DNA of 63,533 nucleotides, counting the filler, from Reticulomyxa filosa (lineage: Eukaryota; Protista; Foraminifera), in the NCBI GenBank assembly GCA_000512085.1. It is 19 parts of 19 records of this genome, joined end to end, with 100 filler letters (N's around TTAATTAATTAA, not from the genome) between each part and the next. Parts side by side here need not be neighbours in the genome. Positions count along the whole stretch, not along the records: positions 37,774 to 42,769 come from ASPP01010276.1; positions 42,870 to 43,982 come from ASPP01008318.1; positions 44,083 to 45,970 come from ASPP01023420.1; positions 46,071 to 50,079 come from ASPP01021353.1; positions 50,180 to 63,533 come from ASPP01000470.1; 14 more parts are not named here. The stretch is one strand, 5' to 3'. Positions 37,909-51,180 of the stretch are shown piece by piece. Position 1 is the first letter of the stretch, and every line of letters starts with the position of its first letter. The translations under genes and the position numbers were made by a program. The notes beneath the pieces are model-generated. The model searched no databases. It saw only the letters and a list, made by a program, of their open reading frames with translations, and had not been told where the DNA came from.

Positions 37909-39822
37909 ATGAACACAATCACGAAAATGATTCACCACATGGAGACCAGAAACCGACTCAAGTGCGAAGCTTGAATGTGAACTCGGGAGAGAATGGTCAT
38001 TACGAAAGCAATGAAAGGAGCGATGATGTGCATCCATTTCAAATGCCGAAAGAGGAACGAGATAACTTGTGCAATCGTTGCTGGTATGAATGCGGAAGCT
38101 ATTCTACCATATGGCCTTACTCTTTGATCATCATTATCGTCGTGTACGCGTTAATTGCACCCATTGGATGGCGAATTGTCGACCTTCGTAAACAATTGGA
38201 TGACACATTGGTTTTCCCAAGAGATTCCCAATATCTGGCCACCTACAAAGATGTATGTTTGTTTATCTCCTCACATTTTGGATATTCTATACATACCACA
38301 TGTACATATATCGATTAGGTGGAAAAAGACTTTTCTCCGGGAATATTGGCATCATGGTATGTCATCATCCCGGACCCAGAATACGAAGCAGGGAACTCAG
38401 ACAAGAATGTACATTCGTGGACATATGTGAACGACACGGGCACAATTATGACAGCGTTTTATGAACAACTTGCCGCAGCTGGCTATCCCATGTCTTCGAG
38501 CATTGGAGTGTCTGTGTGGGATAACAGAACGTTTACTAATCAACAAGAATATGATTATGCAGCTCGATCGAGTGCGTACAATGACTTTGTATCTAGCTTC
38601 ATATCTAGCGACAATAGCAGTTGAGTCTACAATTTTGCGATTTGCATCTGTCCAAACTCATATTGTCGTATGTGTATCATTGATTGATCGATTGACTTGT
38701 TATATATTTATATGTGTATACGTATATGCATATGCATATACATATATATTTGTATATATGTGAATAGCTACTTATTTCAAAATGATAAGCGCCTTTGATC
38801 CCTACTATTCAAATGCAATCGACTTTGTCTCATATGCACGTGACACAATGAGCAACTTGTGTGGCACAGCGGCACCAAGCAAAATGTCCTACAGATGCTA
38901 TTTAACAGGAGGTTCCACGAACGAAGTGGACTTGGTAAACACCATTTTTGCACAATTCCCTTATGTGCTGTTGGGCATTGTCATGCTTGTGTTTTGCATC
39001 ATGGGTGCTTTCTTTGCTTCCGCGTTTGTACCTCTTCGATTGTTCATCACTATTGCTGTGCCGCTGACACTGGTGTATGGACTCAGCATATCCGTGTATC
39101 AAGATGGATGGTTGGAAGGACTCCATTGGTCTGCCGTCGGCAATACGCAAGGATTGTACTGGCTATCCCCGGTGATGACCATTACCATTTTGATTGGATT
39201 GGCGTTGGATTACGATGTGTTTTTGTTTGCAAGGGTTTACGAGTACCGAGTGCATGGCCTGCCCACACGAGAGTCGATCGTGCGCGGAGTCTACAACACA
39301 GGTTCGATCATCACTGCTGCTGGTGTCATTATGGCCATTGCTTTTTGTGGACTGCTCTTTTCTCAAATGACATCATTGAACCAAACTGGGTTTATCCTTG
39401 TGGTGGCTGTGCTGGTTGATACCTTCATCATTCGTACCTTATTGGTACCGGCCGTGTTGTCTATGGCAAAGTTAATTTTATACATATATATGCATACATA
39501 TATGTATATTTGTGTATATATTTTTTCAAAAGGTATGTATTTGAATATATGCGTGTGGATGTGTGTATGTGTGTGTGATGCTGCAATAACAGAGAAATAA
39601 ATTGGTGGCCTGGAATTCGGGTATGTTAATTCTTTAAATAGTATATAGTATATCATTTCCTTTTTCATACAAACTATAATATTATCTTGTTTGATTTTTT
39701 TGTCTATACTTTAGCAATCTCAACCTCGAAAAGATTCGCGAGAAGAACATGGCATTGCTCTTCATGAACATCGCTACGACAATCCAAAGTTGGAAGACCA
39801 TGACAACAATATTGTGTTGTAA
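37909..39822 (+). CDS. MmpL-type RND-superfamily transporter, C-terminal half, intron-containing
   Basis: YLTGGST...DL, ASAFVPLRL, ILIGLALDYDVFLFARVYE, TGSIITAAGVIMAIAF, VLVDTFIIRTLLVPAVL and NWWPG are MMPL-family signatures. About four GT-AG introns with (TA)/(TG) tracts. Confidence 0.88.
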
Positions 39823-41213
39823 TCACACTATTTCGTCAACAGATTCTCTATGCAGCAAACAAACACATCCCGTTTGCTCCAAAAAGTTTTCGAAACTTGG
39901 AGGGGAAACATAAAAAAAAAATTTTTGGCAGCTTTGTGAGTGAGTTTTCTATTTGTTCTAAAACTACGAGCAAATAATACTTCACACGTTTTTCTTGACT
40001 TTGATTGATTGCCATTTCCTTGGTGGAAATTTCATTGCATGTCGGGGATCATTAATTAGGATTTTATGTTATGCAATTTCAATATTTTTTCTTTTGTAAT
40101 ACTTTTTAGTTTTTAAAATAAAAAATAAATTCCTTTTTTGATGAATGCCAAGCATCTTTGGCCTACCATTATCTACACATTTACCACAAAGATTCTTTAC
40201 TCCCAAAGTTGTACTTTGTGTTGAGTTTTTTAATATTAAGAACTATCATAATGTCAAAATTATCAAGAGAAGTACAGTGGAATATTGAACATGGTTTGAA
40301 CAAAAAGAGAAATGTTCTCAAGGAAGTATTCCAGATTCGTTGTTATGCAATGGAATGTCTTCAAGGAACGCAAAGCGAGCTTAAATAAAGAAAAGATCTG
40401 GCCGACTGGACTGATTGTAGCGTCATTGCGGAAGAATTGGAAAAAACAATTGAAAGAAAGCTAATGATGTCAGCATGATCGAATAAATGGTTATTGTATT
40501 AATGACATGTTGACATTTTTCAATTTGACAAAAGCAAGAATCCAAGATCAGATACCCAAAAGGAAGAAAAACTAAAGAAACAAAATATTGATTCGCTACA
40601 ATTGTTTTACTTTGAAAAATTGGATTTTTGCAGTTGAATCAGCAAAAAGCTATAGAAGATTGTAAGCAATTGCAAATAATTCAGCGGAAATTAATTGTTC
40701 CAAACATGTGCATTCGATAAAAAATATTGGTTGTCAGTTTTCGCAATTTCTTAAAAGCTTCATTATGATTGATCAATTTTTATTCACTGTAGTACATATT
40801 ACGGCTTTCTAAGTGCTAAGGGAACGGTGGAGCTCCAGTGGGTTAAAACCTTCTTCACAACTCACTTTTGACTTGTTTCTTTTTAATTTTGTTGCAATTA
40901 TTGTTTCCTTTTTTTTACTGAAATTAATTTTCGGAACTAAGTTCCTTTCGTATTACACTTAGTCTAGCTCACTGAAAATTCTCGTTGGAGTTGTCGTGGT
41001 GTAGGGACACAGTTTTGGACAAAATTTCCTCCGATGGATTCTTAATGAAGTTTTACAAAAAAAAGAGGAAATTTGTTTCAATTTTTGTTTTTTTTTAAAG
41101 TGATATTCCGCATCATTCTCAAATGTATTTTGTTGAACACAATTTATCAACTCAAATAAAAAATTTGAACTAATAGCAAAATAAAACAGTCCATAGCTTT
41201 TTTTTTTTAGCAG

Positions 41214-42769
41214 TTAAGAGATAGATAATTCAATCATTTTTTTTTTGGACCCCAGTGTTGATGCATGCCATTCTCCATGTAATAAGCTGTATACCTTCCA
41301 AGCGTCTTCATAATATCTGCATGCCGTTTTCATTTCTCCTTTAATTTTATATTCCAACCCTAAAAGATTACATAAAGCACCAATAGTTGGGTCTCCTTTC
41401 GTATATGTCTTCTTCTTTATCTCCAATAAAGTTTTGTGGCATTCAATCGCCTTGTCATATATGCTCTCATATATATATGCGAGTCCTAAGCATAAGTAAG
41501 ATTCAGAGACATCCACATGATACATTCCAAATATTGACAATCTTATTTGCAATGCTTTGTCGTAGGATTCAATAGCTTTGTTATATTGTCCTATTTTCTC
41601 ATAAGACACTCCTAAATGGTGATAAGACCAAGCGACATCAACATGCTTCTGTCCAAAAATCTCCAATCTTATTTCCAGAGCCTTTTCATAACATTTGGTC
41701 GATTTGACTTGTTGGCCATTATTTTGGTAAATGCCTCCTAACTTGATATAAGATTTGGCAACATCATCATGATTCACTCCAAAAATGTCCGATCGAATTT
41801 TCAATGACTGTTCGTGACATTCAATTGCATTGCTATGTTGTCCTTTATTTTTATAAGCATTTCCTAGATTATTATATGATTGAGCAACATCAACATGATT
41901 CACTCCAAAAATCTCTAATCTGATTTTCAATGATTTTTTGTACCACTCAATTGCTTCATCATACTGTTTTTTTTATTGTAAGTGACTCCAACATTGAAAT
42001 ACAAATGTGACACAAAATTGCATTTAATTCCAAAAATATCCTGGGCGATCTTTAAAGCCTTTTCAAAAAACTCGATTGCCTGTTCGGGCTGTCCTTTGTT
42101 GTCATACGTTATGCCAAGCAAGTTGTATGCAATGGCAACATAATGATGACTAGAGCCAAACGTATCGATTGCAATTTGCAAGTACTTTTGTTCGTGCACA
42201 AGAGATTCATCAAACAGTTTTTTGTTTGAACACTCATTTTCTTTGTGTTCAAGGTCTTGCAGAAGTAATGGAATGCAATAATGTGTCTGTGTATTCCATT
42301 GGATAGTTGAAAGAGTTTGCATTAGCTGTTTGTCAATCACGGCATTCTTTGTCACAAATAACTGTGTTGTAATATTCACATCTCCTTTACATTGAAGTTC
42401 ACAGCCAATAGCATAGACACTTCCATCAATATTTATTGTCTCCAATACTATCAGCTTTCGTTTTATTACGTACATATAATATTCTCCAAATTCCTTTATA
42501 TCATTCTTCTCATCATTTACCAATGCATTCAATGTGGCAAGATTATCATTCTTATTTTTCCATTTCAATGTATTGTATGTCACAATAATCAATCCTTGCT
42601 CATTATCATGCATCATCTCTTCAACTATCTTTGCCGCTTCGACATTTGCTCTTCTCCAATTTCTGCACCAATGTCTCTTAAAATCCAATGTCTCTGGAAT
42701 TTCATCCCATTTAATTGTTGATTGTTCCGCTTCCTTTGCTTTTGAAATATCTTCTATTTCTTTTCAATG
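41214..42769 (-). CDS. Tetratricopeptide-repeat protein (kinesin-light-chain-like 42-aa TPRs), 5'-partial
   Basis: Repeated H.DVA.SY..LG..Y...GQ...AIE...KAL.IR..IFG units. Frameshift at the T-run 41967-41974. Confidence 0.9.
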
Positions 42770-42869
42770 NNNNNNNNNNNNNNNNNNNNNNNNNNNNNNN
42801 NNNNNNNNNNNNNTTAATTAATTAANNNNNNNNNNNNNNNNNNNNNNNNNNNNNNNNNNNNNNNNNNNN

Positions 42870-43926
42870 ACTACTACTACTACTACTGCTGCTGCACTAC
42901 CATTTGTACCATCGACAAACAACAACAATAACAGTAACAGCAATACCACCGATGGTCAGTCGGCGATCCCAAGCGCAGCAACAATCCCATTGATTGTAGA
43001 CGACGGAGCACATGCACCAAGTTTGCCAGGAAATGTAGATGAATGTGGGCATGTGCCATCTGCCAGCAAAGATACGACGACTCGAGAAACAGGAGTTACA
43101 ATGGTCAGTGATGATATCAACACAACAAGCAATATTGGCAATGTTGGCAATGCTTGCACTGCTTGCACTGCTTGCACGAATGCTAGTGACGCTAGAATGA
43201 CCGAAATTGCAGTTCAAGTCATCCCATCCTTTGTTCCCACTTCCATGCCCATGCCTGGGCTGCGCACAAGGAGGTTCAGCACGATCGCCCCTGGGGTCAT
43301 GATCGCGCAGGTGATTGCAGGAGAAGGTACGACGACTGGAGCAGCAGGAGCAATGACAACGACGGCGATGGCGACGATGATGAATGCACCTGGAATGATG
43401 TCTGGCATGGAACAGGACGCAGAGAGGATGGAAAGTTTGACGAGTAGCACATTGCCATCACTGCCGCATCTGTCGCAACTGGGCTCGTTTTCTCAGGTCA
43501 TGAACGAGGCGTCGTCCGACGAAAATGAAATGATGGAAAATGAAAACAAATTGGAGAAAGAGTTTAATGCGATTGAGCGCAGGTTGGATAAGTTGCGAAA
43601 TGAGCGGTGTATCATTATGAAACTGAAGCTCCAGAGTCAATTCGCCAAATGCAAAGCCAACATCTTCACGCCAGTGAATCGAGACAAAAACGAAGAAGAG
43701 CAACAACTCAAACTGAAGCAAATCGAAAGAGAAATTGCCGATTTGAAAGATATGCAGAAAAACTTGATTCAGAGAGGAAAGTACAAGAAAAGCAAGCCCA
43801 TTAAAGACAGCATCGATATCAAAGACAAGGAAAAGGAAAAAGACAAAGAGCAAGAAAGAGGCCGAGAACGAGAGAGAGTCCTTATCGGACAACAGCAATC
43901 ATCAATGGATGAATATTCCCCACAAG
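42870..43926 (+). CDS. Hypothetical low-complexity/coiled-coil protein (internal exon)
   Basis: Open frame of about 350 codons, Thr/Met-rich then heptad-like (LEKEFNAIERRLDKL, LKQIEREIADLKDM), ending at a GT donor. Confidence 0.55.
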
Positions 43927-44119
43927 TTTTTTTTTTTTTTAAAAAAAAATTTATACGTTATAACAAATACATTTTTTTTTTTNNNNNNNNNNNNNNNNNN
44001 NNNNNNNNNNNNNNNNNNNNNNNNNNTTAATTAATTAANNNNNNNNNNNNNNNNNNNNNNNNNNNNNNNNNNNNNNNNNNNNTTTTTTATATGTAATGAT
44101 ATTTTGTCTTTTCTTTATA

Positions 44120-45700
44120 GACGTATTGGTTCCTGGTGCTCATGATTGCATGTACAACCAATGTTGATACTTTCAGGTGTTTTTTTTAGCCTTGTTTTTG
44201 TGCAATATTTGTTTGAAGTTAAAGAATATGTATCAATTGATAGTAATTTGATTTGAGTGTAAAGTGTAGTGTCCCAAAGGAAGAGGTATTTTCGTCAAAC
44301 GAAGTTCAATTGCCACCATTCAATCGATTCCAAAAGTGGAAACCAGAGCGACGGTCATAGCAACGACGAAAGGGAAGAAAGCAACAGCATTGGACAACAA
44401 GTGCAGATTGACACGAGAAAAAAAAAAGGTAATCTGACTATTTTTTTAAACGGTATGCAATGCTGGACTTTGAAATTTGGAAAAAAAGAAAATACGATAA
44501 ATTGTAAAAGATACGAACGAAGAGAACGTATACGGCATTGAGCTAGATGAAAAATACATAAAGGTATCAATGAACAGCACAATTAAATGAGATGTTTCAC
44601 ATGCAGGTTTGTTATTGTTTATCAATTGCCATTGAGATAAAAGGTAGAGGAGGACAAATGAATAAAGCAAAAATTCAATATTTATTTTATCTTTTTTTTA
44701 AAAAAAAGACCTGGATGGTGGCATATTTATGCGAAAACATGCAATCGAAACGGTAATCGACGAAAACGGCATTCCAAAATACAGCATTGAAATTTAACAG
44801 TGGACGTCATGAATACATTAAAAAAACATTGAAAATATGGACGAATGAGAAATATATGTCATTGGGATCAACGTGTGGATCGGAGAATGAATAAACGCCG
44901 AGACCGAACGAATAAGGCACTTCAGTGTGAATCATTGACATAGTATAATTCGCTCACCCTTCAGCATTGAACGAGTTTGACCAAGACAACAACGTAACTC
45001 GAAAAAGTAGACAGAATCGGAAAAGGCGACGATAGGTATCTTGATTGGGTGAGACTGGAATTCACCAATGACATGGTGACCACAATCCGTTTCATTGATA
45101 CCATGCACTTCGCAACAGACGAAGAAGATAAGTGTGAAGAATGGGACAAGCATGATGGCATGACGTACAAAGGAATAAATTACTTTACATGTTTATCAAA
45201 GCGAGGGTTGTTTGTGAAAGAAGTAAAATTGTCGCGCGCAACGATGACCCGAGTCTCCAATATTCGAAACGACGATGTCCATAATGTGAAGTTACGAAGC
45301 CCTACTAGGAGCTTACAAAAGCGTCGGTATGATGAGTGACCACTGCTATTGTCATGGGAGCAAATCCACTAAAGGAGAATGGAGCAAGTTGACTTGTGTT
45401 TGGATTGCATTGCCGAAATTACACTTTGTCGAATTATAATCGCGAAGAGAATATCCACAATCTTTGAACTCGGTATCGTTAGATGAACGGACAATAAATT
45501 TTTGAGGAAATCGATATCGACGATGTAACATCCGAACTGTCTCAAAAAGATCAAGGTGTTGATCATGACACAAAGGCAAAGACAAATACCAATGAAAAGA
45601 CATACTCCAACTTTGATTTAAAGCTCAAGAACGTGTTCCATTTCTTTGATCAAGACAATGACGGAACATTAAAACATGCCAACATGCCAACATTCCAACA
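44120..45700 (+). pseudogene. Decayed CAP-Gly + EF-hand gene
   Basis: IRFIDTMHF...DKHDGMTYKGINYFTC..KRGLFV (CAP-Gly, 45085-45230) and KLKNVFHFFDQDNDGTL (EF-hand, about 45620-45672), with many stops and frameshifts between them. Confidence 0.6.
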
Positions 45701-46070
45701 TTCCAAGAAATGTCCAAAGCACCAATTCGACAGAAAACTGCTAATTTCTCCAGTCACCGTTCATCCGATATTACAAAGGCATGATTGAATTCAATGGAAG
45801 CTGCTGAACGAGTGTGACAATATCAAGTGGAAATCCAAAGCATTAGAAAGACGACACCAGCGAACAAGAGAAACTCGATCGTTGTGGAAATTGTAGCGAA
45901 TTTTATGGCGTAGAACCAACAATCGAAACGTAGAGATGCGTAGTGACCTTTGGCACACTCAAAAATCAAGNNNNNNNNNNNNNNNNNNNNNNNNNNNNNN
46001 NNNNNNNNNNNNNNTTAATTAATTAANNNNNNNNNNNNNNNNNNNNNNNNNNNNNNNNNNNNNNNNNNNN

Positions 46071-49000
46071 CCTCACAAGTCGGCCCTCGCCAATGGCATT
46101 TTCGAACTGCTGCGCTCACTGGTCCCCAAAAACGTGGTGGACGGCGAAATCTTTGAACACACGCACGTGCTGTTCTCTTATCTGCTCGGTCACACTGAGA
46201 CGAACATGGGCGAGACGGAGACATTTGCCATGCGCGACCTGACATGTCCGCTCACGCAAAAGCGGCTCAAAGACCCAGTTGTGATCCCCAAGCTGGACGA
46301 CTCGAGCGACCCCACGGTGTACTCGCGCGAGGCAGCATTGGCACGTCTGCACGACTCGAGCAACAACACAGAGTTTGCACAATTGACGGAAGACGATTTG
46401 AAGCCGTGTGTGTGGTATCAACGACTATTGGAAGCCTATCCCAAGGCCACCAACATATTCATTTGGGATTGGCGACATCAATTGGATGGAGGAATAGGAA
46501 TAGAACTCGAACTCGCAACAGAGGAGGAGGAGGAGATGACATCGACATCAGAACAAAGAAATATCTCAGCTGAAGCATCGGCCATGTCTCCTCAACGATA
46601 TCTATTAAAACAAGACTGGAAAGGAATGGTGTCAGGATTTGCTCAAAAGTCAAGCAATCAATGCATGCGAATCGTCGCCGCCTTGTCACTGAGCGAGGCC
46701 TCACCTCCCTGCTTGACACTCGACGAAAAGGGTAACCTCGTCGTATTTTCGCAGCGTGGCAAAGATATCAACTCATCGGCCACGCTGTTCTGTCCCTTGC
46801 TGAATCGCGAGAAGGACGTGAATCCGCAGGAACTCGCCACGAAGATTGCCGAACTGCCCAAAACTGCCTTGTCCACGGTCGAAGCCGTGGCCGATGATCG
46901 CGTGCCTGAAGAGGCCATTGTCGTATGTTTGGACACGAGCAGTTCCATGGGAGGGTCGTCTGGATTTGTCGACACGAGTGACGATGTCGAAAACCCGGAC
47001 GAGTGGGACGAACGTCTGCCCATTTGCGACACGCCTGAAATGCTGCAGACCTTTTTGGATCAGTTCCAAAACGATACCAACTTCCGCTTGTATCAAGACA
47101 TTGTCAAGAAGCTGCTGCCTGACCGCGACCGCAAGAAGAAGATTTTGGCCAAGGACGCTGCCAGCAACTTGCTGTATGAGATTCGCAAGCTGGAATATCT
47201 CAAAGACGATGGCAACGACAACTATCGCTGCATGATAAAAAAGTACTTGGATCGCTTTGTCGACCTGCTCATCCAAGGCCTCGAAAACGACGATTTGATC
47301 CCAGGTGTATCTCAGCGAGGACGGCGACGAAGACGAAAACGAAAACGAACAAGGGGGCGGCAGTACCACTGATGACGACGCAAAATCGAAAGAAAAGGGA
47401 AAAAATTCTAAATCACAACAACAAAAACAAAAAGATAAGGAAAAAAATTCAAAGTCACAGCAGCAGCAGCAGCAAAAGAAGAAACAACAACAGCAACAAC
47501 AATCACAAAAACAAAAGCAACAACAACAATCACAAAAGCAAAAGCAAAAGCAGCAACAACAACAACAACAGCAACAAAAAAAACAAGCTGGAGCGAAAAC
47601 ACCCTCCACGCCAGAGACACCTGCGAAAAGTGAAAAGTTTGAATTCCATCCCGAACGATATAGATGTGCTTTGACGAATGCAATAATGATAGAGCCGGTG
47701 CTGTTTTCCGACGGACTGTTTTACGAAAAGGAGGTGATTGTAGATTGGGTGGAGCGCAGGAAGACATCGCCTGTGTTTGGACACAAGCTGGAATCAGTGT
47801 TAATAAAGGACGTGCCCAAGCTGAAGCGCGAAATCGAGCGATGGAAGGAGGACGAGGAGAAACGCAAAGAAGCGGAGCGAAATGCTGTTGTAGACAGCAA
47901 GTCGTCGGAGTCGACGGAGGAACGCAGTCCGACGGACATTCAAATTTTTGTGCGCACGTTTCAAGGCCAAACGTGCACGGTGGACTGTTCGTTGTCAGAC
48001 ACGATAGCGAGAGTGCACTCGATTGTGAATCAAAAAAAGGGTCGCACCGGACAGACATTTTACAAGCTGTCGTTTGGGACAAAGACATTGCGTCCAGAGT
48101 TGACATTACGTCATTACAATATCCAAAAGGAGGCGACACTGCACGAGGTGTTGGCATTTGACGACCAGCCGGCGAGCAATGTGACAGTCACCAAGTTTGT
48201 GATTGTGGATTTGAGCGAGAGTCGCAGCTCGTATTCGATCAGCGACGATTCAGCCAACTTTTCATTTGCATTGCCGCGCGAGATCAAGGTGGAGGACATG
48301 CTGTTCCGCACGTGGCAAGCGAGTCTATGCGACAAGCAGGAACGTCAAAAGTCGAGCAGCTTCCGCTACTCTTGGATGTCATCGTCGTCGCAAACATACG
48401 AACCTTCGGGCATTTCGCTGTGGTGTGGTTTGACCAGCATGGGCGACGGATGGCAACGCGGCACAGTGTGCGAACTGGAGGAGACACTGCGAAGGTATGT
48501 GCATCATGGCAAGCAGATTTTCCACAATCGATGGACGTGCGAAATCCAATTCCACGTATACGGACATCAGCCCAATCGCAATCGAAGAAAGGACATGACT
48601 CGTCTCGAAACGGTGAAACAGCTGTTCCATGCCTTTATTAACCGATCGCAGGCATACAACTATGCCAATCACATTGGCTTGATGGTATTCAATGACAAGA
48701 TTGAATACAAGTGTCCCTTGTCTCCTCTATATGAAAAGTTCCGCACGGCCGTGGACAAGGTGACGCATCAGGGCGATACCAAACTATACGACGCCCTTGG
48801 TCAAACGTGCTCGCATTTGCTCCAATGGAAGACCAAATTTACCGCTGGCAAGCTCCGTGTCTTGGTGCTCTCCGATGGCAAAGACACAAACTCAAACTCG
48901 GACCCCGTCGAATTGGCGGCAAATTGCAAGAGAATAATGTCGTCGTCGATGCCATTTGCATTGGCAATGAAACTGACAATATGCTACATGCCATTGCCAA

Positions 49001-49820
49001 GTCCACTGGCGGATACGTGTTCCATCCTCGCACTTTGCGCGATGCCTTGAAACTCAATGAACTCGAGACTCTCTTGTCTCAGACTGAACGGCCTGTGAAA
49101 CCCCCGCCCAAACGCGTGCGCATGCGTCATGATCTGTACATGTTTGAAAGTCATCCTGTCGAAACGTGCAGCGAGGACAGAGTCCCTGAACGCAAGTCAG
49201 TACCAAAGTTGAAAGAACCCGTCACCACGCTCGGTGCTGTCGTGGCCACGGCCGAAAAAACCACGGATTTGAACAATAAAAACACCAAAAATTCCCCGGA
49301 ACTCAACCGCACGCGACGCATCTTGCGCGAAATGAAGTCGCTGCTGAACAATCCTCATCCTGCTGTCGATATCTATCCTTGCGAAAAAGATATGAGCTTT
49401 TGGCGTCTTGTGATGGAAGGACCCGATAGCACTCCTTATGCTGGAGGCGCATGGCTTGCTTACATGGAATTCCCGCCCAATTATCCGGAACAAGCTCCCG
49501 AAATGCGCTTTGTCACGTCCATCAAACATTGCAATATCAACTCATATGGACGTGTTTGTCACAGCATTTTTGGACGAAACTACACCCCCGATACCACTGT
49601 TGCCACCATTTTGCAATGCGTTTACGGTCTTTTGCTTAGTCCCGACGTTAGTGATCCCTTGGACTCAACCTTGGCTTTGGAGTTTTATGACCCGTCTGGA
49701 CTTTATGAAATGAGCATTGTCAATCACGTCAAACGACATGCCAAAATACGAGATCGCAAGGAATGGTCAAAGTATCTTACCGTTGAAGAACACAATGAAC
49801 TCAATGACACGGACAATTGA
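46071..49820 (+). CDS. Multidomain ubiquitin-system protein: U-box-like / vWA (split) / U-box / ubiquitin-like / E2 (UBC), 5'-partial
   Basis: LTCPLTQKRLKDPV (U-box-like), AIVVCLDTSSSM (MIDAS), YRCALTNAIMIEPV..DG..YEKEVI..W..RKTSPV (U-box), IQIFVRTFQGQT...LRHYNIQKEATLH (Ubl), GDTKLYDAL..VLVLSDGKD (vWA), GPDSTPYAGG..FPPNYP..APEMRF...HCNINSYGRVC (UBC). Two single-base frameshifts (~47301, ~48922). Confidence 0.88.
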
Positions 49821-50939
49821 GAATTTGAAACATGTATTAGTTTGTCTTTTTTTAAAAAAGAAATGTTCTTTTTGTTAAGATGTAGGTCATTTGGAGAATT
49901 TACAAAATATCCAAAAATTTCACAAATTACTTTCTTGCCAAAAAAAGAAATTTTAAAAATGTAATTCCTTAAATTGTTTCTTTCGCAAAAAGATAATCTC
50001 ATTGATTTGAAAAAATCTTTACTTTAAAAAAAATGCTTTTATTTCAAAATAAGAAAATCAAGAAAAAAGTAAACTGGATNNNNNNNNNNNNNNNNNNNNN
50101 NNNNNNNNNNNNNNNNNNNNNNNTTAATTAATTAANNNNNNNNNNNNNNNNNNNNNNNNNNNNNNNNNNNNNNNNNNNNTGCCATTTAGGTATGTCAGTT
50201 TTTTTTGCAATCTACTGTAGTATAGAATATATTGATACAAAAATATGTAAAATGATGACGGAAACTTGTTTGATTTGCTTAATATTACTTTGACTGACAT
50301 AAAGTGTAATACAAAAATATGATTATCTGATCGATTTTTCAATAAAAAACAAGTTGGTTAAATCAAGAAAGACAACAATAGATAACAATACAAGAAGAAA
50401 AAACAAGAGAAAGTGAGAAGTAATTTTGAGATTAAATATTGTTAATAGTTTTATTGACCAGTACGGTACTGCAATACGAAAATGATATTACAATATCTCC
50501 CTTGGATGGCGATAAAAGCTTTCTTTCATCTTGTTTTGCAATTGTCATTTCCAAATGTATTGTCCGCAATTCCTTTGATATCAACACTCATATATATCAA
50601 ATAACGTTTTTTGTGGATGCAATATTTTTGAGAATTTTCTTTCAAATAAGAAATAAGATAACACATCATATTGCAGAAAAAGCTGAACGCTTAAAATATC
50701 ACCTTATGAAGATGATATTTTTTCCAAAAAAAATCCAATCCAATTTTTTATTTTTTTTCTTTTAAAAGTTTTGTTAGCAATTTTTTACTTTTTGGTTTAA
50801 TATTTTTGATTATTCTAAAAAGTTTTTGCATTTTTAATATTTTTTTTTTGCGTTTTTAAAGATAAATATTTTGTGTTTTGTATGCTCAGTAAAAGTTAAT
50901 GATAGTTTCTGCTTTCTATTTTTGATTATGCGTGTGTAT

Positions 50940-51180
50940 ATCGAGCAAATTCAATTATTAAAAGGATATTCAAGTTGGACTAACGATATACAGTTTTCAA
51001 GAGATGATAGTGTGATTGTTTCTTGTTCAACTGGTAAGACCATAGAACATAGAATACTGAAACACGATTAAAATTAAAACAATTACAAGGACATGCCAAG
51101 GTATAAAGAATATAGCATTTTCACCTGATGGAAAAATAATTGTGTTTGGATCACTTGATAAAACAATTCGACTTTGGGGT
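50940..51180 (+). pseudogene. WD40-repeat relic
   Basis: IQLLKGYSSWTNDIQFSRDDSVIVSCS and LQGH...AFSPDGKIIVFGSLDKTIRLW fragments with frameshifts. Confidence 0.7.

Noticed and set aside
40820-40850. GGTGGAGCTCCAGTGGGTTAAAA, and TTCGAACCCGCGCC at about 16388, as tRNA-like fragments
   Set aside because: No cloverleaf, acceptor stem or paired A/B boxes could be built.
43152-43178. GCTTGCACT x3 tandem repeat
   Set aside because: A short in-frame slippage repeat inside a low-complexity exon, with no further structure.
1844-50179. Regularly recurring TTAATTAATTAA palindrome flanked by Ns (could be mistaken for a repeat array, CRISPR or element terminus)
   Set aside because: The fixed 44N-12-44N format with six-frame stops is an assembly concatenation linker.
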